Below, piece by piece: positions 1 to 6,347 of a stretch of DNA of 13,003 nucleotides. The position numbers and the translations under genes are program-made. Source of the DNA: Candidatus Hodarchaeum mangrovi. GTDB lineage: Archaea; Asgardarchaeota; Heimdallarchaeia; Hodarchaeales; Hodarchaeaceae. Position 1 is the stretch's first letter. Every line of letters starts with the position of its first letter. Below the pieces are notes generated by a model that was not told where the DNA came from, made no database searches, and saw nothing but the letters and a program-made list of their open reading frames with translations. The DNA is taken from assembly GCA_016839515.1 (NCBI GenBank), contig JAEOUE010000093.1, positions 1-13,003 on the forward strand. The letters run 5' to 3'.

Positions 1-3000
1 CAAAAATCTGGTAGTTCCTTCATTGATAAAAAATATAAATCTCCCCAAGAGCTAAATTTTATATATAGTTCACCCACTGATTCTACAGCTCTTTCAAGAT
101 TCACTTGGTTTGATTGGAACGCAAGTTCTTCCAATAATCATCAGTTTAACACAAACACTAGTATGTCATTTGACGTAACTTGGATCGTTAATCTGACATA
201 TCAGGGAAATCCAATATCTATTTTTTCTCAATTTTTAGTGAATAATAACACGTTGACAGAATGGAACTTAACATTTTTGACTCCTAGCATTATTTCTTCT
301 TACAATATTAAAAATAGAACCTTCATCGTAACATCATTACCTTCAGACTGGAATGGGTCTGCAATTTATCGTAATGGAATTTTAGAATACAATACCTCTC
401 TTTCAGGAGGACTCAACTCATCTGTCTTTTATGCAAACCAATCAAGCACAATGATAATCAATGCATCAGATCTCTCTAGTTCTTCAAACTGGGAAATTTC
501 ATTCGATGCTCCGAATTATATTGAGGAATTTAAAATATTGGAAGATGGAACGAGCTTAGAATTTCCTCAGAAAGCAAATGTCACGGACTTATTAGAACTG
601 GAATTCAAAACGACCTTTAATGGAAATCTGACATATTGGATTGATTCTCCAGATAATTCAGAACTCTATAAAGCAATTGATATCAATTCGACCCACACTG
701 TATTCTCTGAATTATGGGATATTAATTCTGCAGTAAGTCAAACAACAAACGTCAACGGAACATATAAATTACAATCGGTATGGATAAACTCGGATAAAAC
801 ACGGGTAGGAATATTTACAAGAAAAGTGGATATAATCATTGCTACTAGTTTCTCAGTACAAGCGGAAACAGAAGTAATTATTGGAGATTTATTTAATGTA
901 ACTGCTACTTACAAATCGATTCACAACGATTCCAATATTCTCGATGCACCGATATATTGTGAAGCAAATTGGACTTCAAATGTCTTCATGAATCAGTTGG
1001 CTGATAAAACATATAATGCGTCATTTGATACAAGTCTTCAGAATGCTGGAGAGACTGGACACATAAACATTACAACACAACTTGGATGGTTTGTTAATTG
1101 GACTATTCAAATTTCAGTTTTTTTCGTACAGAACTCTATCCTTCAAACAAATATAACAAATCTCATTCTAGAATGGCAAGAAAATACTACAATAAAGATA
1201 AATTACAATTATAGTGATTCTGATGCGATCAGTGGAGCTAGTATTAGTGTGAATGGAGATAGCTTCAACACTATTGAAATTTCTGGTATTTATTACTATA
1301 AATTCAACTCTTCACTCCTTGGAGGCACTGGTACATATTTGAATCTTGAAATCATTGCAAACCATCCTAAATACATGTCTAAAAATTGGGAGTTTAATGT
1401 TACAATAACACCAGGAAGGACAGGAATTGATGCAGGTGTTGGGGGAATACCTATAATAAATGATACGACAATTATCACAAAAAGTTATTCAGATAGCTCT
1501 CAAGATAATATCAAATTGAATTTAGAATATTATTCAGTATTATTAGGAACATTTCTGGATCCATTAGTACCATCTATTAGTTCCCCAGTTCCTATAGATA
1601 GTTATATTCAAGAATTAAATAACTCTTGGACTATAACAATAAACCCTAATCAAACTGGTTCTATGGTTCTTGAATTCACATTCTCTTTATTAAATTACCA
1701 ATTTGCTTTATTTATATTACATATTAACATCATTCCTGCAAATACGAACATTTTTACTAATCTCATTTCACCCACAATGGTATACTATAATGACACTTTA
1801 GAGTTCTTTTTATTCTTTGAAAACACAGATTATTCAGAGAATATATCAGGTGTGACCCCAGTACCATTAGATACTAAAGTAAGATTTATTAATCAGACAG
1901 GTAACTTTTATTGGTTCAATTTCTCTTCTGAAATGCTTTTGACGGGAATACACACAATTGATATTTCTTTTTCAGATCCATACTTTGAAGATAATTCGAT
2001 TGTTGTACAATTTGACGTTTCAAAGGTTCCTAATCATATAACAGATTTAATACCTTCTAATATGACAACAATAGGGGAAATGTCGCTTTTCAACTATACA
2101 AATAGCCAAACAATTTCTATAACTTGGATTGATGATTTCAGTGGATTGGGGATAATAGATTATGACATTATTTTTTCAGGAAATGGTTCTTCCTTTATAA
2201 GCATTGATTCAAAGCATGATAATGGGACACATTTCTTTATATTTCTAGGTAGTGAGGTTGGGAAATACCAAGTTATAATAACGTTTGAAACTGCATATTA
2301 TTCTAGTACCAATTATGTTATCTACTTTATTATATCTGAAATGGAAACAAGAATGATAGATGTGGCGAATCTAGACTATAACGAAACATTAATGGCTGAA
2401 GAAATATTTACATTAGTGATCCCCTCATACCAAACATACGGCGGTATTAATATTCTACAAATAGATAATTTGATCTTTTGGATAAATGGAACAGAAGTTT
2501 TTGGCGCTGAATTAGAATTAAATCTTATCTCCATGCCTTTTTCAATTAATCTATCCACTTCTGGTTATCACTATGGATTTTATAATTTTACGATTGAGAT
2601 TTCAACGTTAGGATATCAATTCCAACGTTTTTCCCTTAATGTCACGATAAATGGATGGGAAACTACTATAGATGTAAATGTTGAACCTGGTAATATCATA
2701 GAAAGAGGTCAAGAAATTAGCTTCTTCATCACTCTCTCCTATAGAAATCCATTACTAGCTGGTTTTGGATCAACAATTAATCTCATTAATCTTGAGGGGG
2801 TCGAAATAACCTTTTCAATTGAACTTAAATATATCAATGGCAGTACCCAATTATTCCAAGAAATAAAAATGACCGATTCATTAGGAAAAACTTTCTATAC
2901 TATTCCAGGAGCATTTACTAAATCTGCAACAGGATTCACTCAGATTAGAATATCTGCAGGTTCTTCTATGTCTGGTTTACCATATATCTATAGTTTAACG

Positions 3001-3873
3001 ACTGAAGAGTTAGCAGAGTACAAAATAACTGAAATAATTAATCCTCTTGAAGTATTATTACAAGGAGCGTTATTCTTATCGATTTTAGCAGTTATTTTCT
3101 TAAGTGTGTATTCAATTAATAAAAGACGTGTACGTAAAAAATCGATTAAAAGACTAGCTGAATTGAACATTGAACAATCCTTTGAAGATATCAAATCCAT
3201 ACGTCTAATTATTGCTCGTCATGAATCAGGACTTCAGTTCTATTCCGAAAAAACCATTACAGATATGGCAACCGATACCGATGCGCTTTCTGGTATGTCT
3301 GCAGCCATTTCTACTTTTATGGAAGAATTATCCGATACAATGACTCATGCTACAGAAGAGCGTGAGAAAGATAAGATCGAAGTAATGTCACGTGAAGGAT
3401 TACATCTTCTGGTATGGCATGGAAACCAATCTAGCTTAATAATTATCTCTGAAATCAGATTACCAGATTATTTCCAAGGTCGATTGAAAACATTAGGAAG
3501 AGAGCTAGAGAATCGATTCTCAGAAGATCTAAAAGATTTTTATGCTACAGATCAGATTCCCAGCCATATAGTCAAGAAAATGGTTCGAAAACATATTCCA
3601 TTACATTATTTCTGTGCTTTTGTCTTAAACGAAGGTGTTCTGACATTAGATAGTATAAAACTTCCAAAGAAGTATAAATCGATGTTTGAACAAATTAAAG
3701 AGATTCGATTTGAAAAGCAGGGTGTCCAGTATTTGTTTTCAGAGCAAATTATTTCACATCTCTCGAAACGATATAAACGAAGTGAAGCTATAAAGTTCTT
3801 AGACTATGCAATTGATATTAATCTCTTGATTGAAACAAGTCAAGAAGATATAGCTAATCTCGGGAAAAATTAA
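1..3873 (+). CDS. Large single-pass membrane/surface glycoprotein (5'-truncated): Ig-like beta-sandwich repeats, one TM helix, cytoplasmic longin/roadblock-like domain and C-terminal winged-helix-like region
   Basis: Frame 1 is open from base 1 (QKSGSSFIDKK...) into the ATG at 163, so the true start lies upstream of the window. The ectodomain is Asn/Ser/Thr/aromatic-rich with about 40 N-X-S/T sequons (hand count). A hydrophobic helix VLLQGALFLSILAVIFLSVYSI (~3052-3117) is followed by the positive-inside patch KRRVRKKSIKR (3121-3153). Next comes IRLIIARHESGLQFYS...DALSGMSAAISTFMEEL, the beta-beta-alpha start typical of Asgard longin/roadblock-like domains. Confidence 0.85.
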   Translation, partial: QKSGSSFIDKKYKSPQELNFIYSSPTDSTALSRFTWFDWNASSSNNHQFNTNTSMSFDVTWIVNLTYQGNPISIFSQFLVNNNTLTEWNLTFLTPSIISSYNIKNRTFIVTSLPSDWNGSAIYRNGILEYNTSLSGGLNSSVFYANQSSTMIINASDLSSSSNWEISFDAPNYIEEFKILEDGTSLEFPQKANVTDLLELEFKTTFNGNLTYWIDSPDNSELYKAIDINSTHTVFSELWDINSAVSQTTNVNGTYKLQSVWINSDKTRVGIFTRKVDIIIATSFSVQAETEVIIGDLFNVTATYKSIHNDSNILDAPIYCEANWTSNVFMNQLADKTYNASFDTSLQNAGETGHINITTQLGWFVNWTIQISVFFVQNSILQTNITNLILEWQENTTIKINYNYSDSDAISGASISVNGDSFNTIEISGIYYYKFNSSLLGGTGTYLNLEIIANHPKYMSKNWEFNVTITPGRTGIDAGVGGIPIINDTTIITKSYSDSSQDNIKLNLEYYSVLLGTFLDPLVPSISSPVPIDSYIQELNNSWTITINPNQTGSMVLEFTFSLLNYQFALFILHINIIPANTNIFTNLISPTMVYYNDTLEFFLFFENTDYSENISGVTPVPLDTKVRFINQTGNFYWFNFSSEMLLTGIHTIDISFSDPYFEDNSIVVQFDVSKVPNHITDLIPSNMTTIGEMSLFNYTNSQTISITWIDDFSGLGIIDYDIIFSGNGSSFISIDSKHDNGTHFFIFLGSEVGKYQVIITFETAYYSSTNYVIYFIISEMETRMIDVANLDYNETLMAEEIFTLVIPSYQTYGGINILQIDNLIFWINGTEVFGAELELNLISMPFSINLSTSGYHYGFYNFTIEISTLGYQFQRFSLNVTINGWETTIDVNVEPGNIIERGQEISFFITLSYRNPLLAGFGSTINLINLEGVEITFSIELKYINGSTQLFQEIKMTDSLGKTFYTIPGAFTKSATGFTQIRISAGSSMSGLPYIYSLTTEELAEYKITEIINPLEVLLQGALFLSILAVIFLSVYSINKRRVRKKSIKRLAELNIEQSFEDIKSIRLIIARHESGLQFYSEKTITDMATDTDALSGMSAAISTFMEELSDTMTHATEEREKDKIEVMSREGLHLLVWHGNQSSLIIISEIRLPDYFQGRLKTLGRELENRFSEDLKDFYATDQIPSHIVKKMVRKHIPLHYFCAFVLNEGVLTLDSIKLPKKYKSMFEQIKEIRFEKQGVQYLFSEQIISHLSKRYKRSEAIKFLDYAIDINLLIETSQEDIANLGKN
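841..2970 (+). repeat. About 7 degenerate tandem protein repeats of ~95-108 aa (Ig-like beta-sandwich)
   Basis: Units start near 841, 1129, 1414, 1738, 2026, 2341 and 2656. Most end in a G-x-(Y/H)-x-(I/V/F)-x-I...(Y/F)......(V/I)-x-(I/V) pattern, e.g. GIHTIDISFSDPYFEDNSIVVQFDV, GKYQVIITFETAYYSSTNYVIYFII, GFYNFTIEISTLGYQFQRFSLNVTI. The repeat is visible only at the protein level. Confidence 0.6.
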
Positions 3874-3878
3874 GTTTC

Positions 3879-3882
3879 GGAG
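3879..3882 (+). promoter_or_regulatory. Shine-Dalgarno-like GGAG
   Basis: GGAG lies 9 nt upstream of the GTG at 3892, inside an 18-bp intergenic gap. This supports the GTG start and co-transcription with the upstream gene. Confidence 0.55.
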
Positions 3883-3891
3883 TAAATTCTG

Positions 3892-4824
3892 GTGCAAGAT
3901 CAAATTTACCGATTCTGGCTCTTAAATCATCAGGGTCTCTATATCATTGATAAAAAATTACCTGCAATGAAAAAAAGAATCGTATTAACCAAACTAGAGG
4001 AAGATAATCTAATAGCAGAGATCGTCAATTCTGACCTGCCAGAAAATACCTCTATTTTTACTAAAGAAGTAGAATCTACCTTTACACGATTATATTACCA
4101 GAGAAGATATAGTGATCTATTTATTATGCTAGCAGATGAATTAGCAGATATTACCGAAATTGGTAGTGAATTTAATAAATGGGTAGAAAAGAGACAACAG
4201 CAACGAGTACAATTAAAAGGAATTGTTTTGGTTGTATTTGATGATCTTGAAGGACCAAAAGTTGAATATAACAATTATTTAGAGGAAGAATCTGCACTAT
4301 TATTAGCTGTCCAAGGTCAAACTGTTTCATCAATGGGAAGATTTAACGAATATCCTACTGGATTCAAGGACCCACTCAATGTTCCCAATCGAGATGATCT
4401 TCAACATTTAAGTTATGACTTTATACAACCAGCTCCAAGTTCACATGATCCTCGTATAGCAAAAATGGGACGTGTTTCTAATCTTTACTTGATTTTCCCA
4501 AAGAATTTTCCATATATTAAAGAAAGTCATTTTAGAGGTTATATTGAAGCCTTCTTGGATGAGTGGGTGCTTAATTGGAATTTATTGCCGGAAGAAGAAA
4601 GGAAGGCATTTGATCCCACAGTGATGGTTGAATTATTAGAAAATCTTCGAACTACAGTATCTACTGCAATAGATATGGCCACACATGATGAAAGAGAGGT
4701 TGCCAAGCTTAAAATGTATATAATGGAATTACTCACGGAAAATAATGTTCTTAATTCACAAATAAGACGATTAAAAGACCGTATCACTAGATTAGAGAAC
4801 GAACTACGCAAAAAAAAGAACTAG
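3892..4824 (+). CDS. Tandem longin-like + uDENN-like longin domain protein with C-terminal leucine zipper (310 aa)
   Basis: The N-terminal IYRFWLLNHQGLYIIDK resembles the first hairpin of sigma/mu-adaptin-type longins. The internal LKGIVLVVFDDLEGPKVEY matches the hydrophobic-strand-F[DH]xxxGP start of uDENN longins (NPRL2, FLCN, SMCR8, C9orf72). The C-terminus has five Leu at exact heptad spacing. Confidence 0.7.
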   Translation: MQDQIYRFWLLNHQGLYIIDKKLPAMKKRIVLTKLEEDNLIAEIVNSDLPENTSIFTKEVESTFTRLYYQRRYSDLFIMLADELADITEIGSEFNKWVEKRQQQRVQLKGIVLVVFDDLEGPKVEYNNYLEEESALLLAVQGQTVSSMGRFNEYPTGFKDPLNVPNRDDLQHLSYDFIQPAPSSHDPRIAKMGRVSNLYLIFPKNFPYIKESHFRGYIEAFLDEWVLNWNLLPEEERKAFDPTVMVELLENLRTTVSTAIDMATHDEREVAKLKMYIMELLTENNVLNSQIRRLKDRITRLENELRKKKN

Positions 4825-4983
4825 GTAAGAATTTCTACTATTTATTTTAGCATGTCAATGGAAAATTTTAAGTTAATTCGATATTTTAAAAAGAGAGGAT
4901 TATCTGTAGAAAGTAAGAAGTATCATTTATTCTATATTAATAGATTAATTTTTGTAAAAAATAAAAAGAACTAACGAAATTAA

Positions 4984-4988
4984 GAGGA
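4984..4988 (+). promoter_or_regulatory. Shine-Dalgarno-like GAGGA
   Basis: It abuts the ATG at 4989 but is 9 nt from the ATG at 4998, which favours 4998 (MKVYHIQG) as the real start. Confidence 0.5.
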
Positions 4989-4997
4989 ATGTTCAGA

Positions 4998-6167
4998 ATG
5001 AAAGTATATCATATTCAGGGTAAAAATCTAATTGAAGTTAAACCACCATATGAATTCTTAAACGGAGACGTTTATCTTATTGATAATTCAGATGTGAGTC
5101 CAGGTCTAACAAAAAAGGTTTTTATATGGTTAGGTTCTCAAGCTTATGCAGATGACCGAGCTGTAGGAGCTTGGGCGGCAAAACAGCTAGATTTTAAAGA
5201 TAAGGAAATCGATATAGACACAGAAGTTGAGAGCCAAGAATCTAATGAGTTCAAAGGATTAATTGATTTTACCGTTGTCACAGGGGATACTCCAGGATTT
5301 TTAAAGCATATTGAAGTAAAAGAAAACGTTTCATATGCAATGTACAGAGTTCGAGATGCTGATCTCTCTGATGGATCCTCTTCTGATGATATTGTTATCG
5401 AAAATGTCCCATTAAAGAAAGAAAGTCTTATTAGTGATGATGTTTTCGTTCTTGATGCATATCATGATTTATATGTATGGGTAGGATCAAATTCTCAGGT
5501 TGGTGAGAAAGCTGCAGGAAATCGTTTGGTAAGAAAACTCGATGTAGATCGAGCACGTAACCCAATGGTTTATGCTATCAATGAGGGCTATGAACCCAAA
5601 GGCTTTTTCCAATTAATTGAGAAATTAACAAAAAGCAAGGATTTAAGGAAAGATGATGCTAAAGAAATTAGCAAAGGGATTGTAGGAGGTATTGCTGATC
5701 TCAAAGCTGTTACTCCTCCAAAAGAAATGCCTGTGATACCTTCTCCAGTTATTCAAGCACCATCTACTACTCCTCCAGAGGTAAAACCACCTACAGAATT
5801 ATCCGAACCTCCCTCACATGTTGATTTTCCAACTGCCCCCGAACCTTCTCCAATAAAAACGAAAGTAAGTGGTCCAAGACATATTATAAAATTATATTAT
5901 GTAAATGGAGCTTTTTCAGAAAAGGGAGGAAATGAGGAAGCTGTATTAGAAATAAATGAAGCAAATAAAACTGCTACATTGGTTCTTAATGAAGGAACTA
6001 GTCTAATTGCCCAAAGGACAGCAGGAAGACAAGCTCGTGGTATTTGTAAATCAGGATTTTTATTAAGTGCTGGATATAGGATAGGAGCTGAGTGTTCATT
6101 AAGTGAGGTCAAAGGTGAACGAGAAATCCATGATAGACTTCTCCAGCAAGGTCATCATTATAGATAG
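4998..6167 (+). CDS. Gelsolin-family actin regulator: two gelsolin domains + WH2-like motif + Pro-rich linker + divergent C-terminal domain
   Basis: G1 motifs: FLNGDVYLID, VFIWLGSQA, AAKQLD, EVESQESNEF. G1-G2 linker TPGFLKHIE, comparable to gelsolin SGFKHV. G2 motifs: ESLISDDVFVLD, LYVWVGSNS, EKAAG, INEGYEPKGFF. The ORF-track start at 4989 is also possible. Confidence 0.9.
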   Translation: MKVYHIQGKNLIEVKPPYEFLNGDVYLIDNSDVSPGLTKKVFIWLGSQAYADDRAVGAWAAKQLDFKDKEIDIDTEVESQESNEFKGLIDFTVVTGDTPGFLKHIEVKENVSYAMYRVRDADLSDGSSSDDIVIENVPLKKESLISDDVFVLDAYHDLYVWVGSNSQVGEKAAGNRLVRKLDVDRARNPMVYAINEGYEPKGFFQLIEKLTKSKDLRKDDAKEISKGIVGGIADLKAVTPPKEMPVIPSPVIQAPSTTPPEVKPPTELSEPPSHVDFPTAPEPSPIKTKVSGPRHIIKLYYVNGAFSEKGGNEEAVLEINEANKTATLVLNEGTSLIAQRTAGRQARGICKSGFLLSAGYRIGAECSLSEVKGEREIHDRLLQQGHHYR

Positions 6168-6194
6168 ACACTTTAATCTTAATAAATTCCTTAA

Positions 6195-6210
6195 TTCTTT
6201 TTTTTCCTTT
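6195..6210 (+). terminator. Oligo-T archaeal-type terminator after the gelsolin gene
   Basis: A T8 run (6198-6205) sits in a pyrimidine tract about 30 nt after the stop, with more T-runs downstream. Confidence 0.5.
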
Positions 6211-6347
6211 ATCAATAAATTTCTTTTTAAGAGAAACCGAAATTTTTTTCTTAATTTACAGATATTTCTTAAGAAGATTAAAAAAACTTATCAGTAAATT
6301 ACTATTTTCTTCTGAAGACTGTTCAATTATCAATTGATGTGTTTATC

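Noticed and set aside
163-165. ATG 163 as the start of the large surface protein
   Set aside because: The frame is open back to base 1 with the same Asn/Ser/Thr-rich composition, and no signal peptide follows this Met, so the gene starts upstream of the window.
1296-4811. Short minus-strand ORFs (1296-1478, 2376-2558, 2988-3200, 4539-4811)
   Set aside because: They are antisense shadows fully inside well-supported genes and carry no recognisable motifs.
4620-4824. bZIP transcription factor call for the 310-aa protein
   Set aside because: The segment preceding the zipper (TAIDMATHDERE) is acidic and lacks the basic N-x7-R DNA-binding region.
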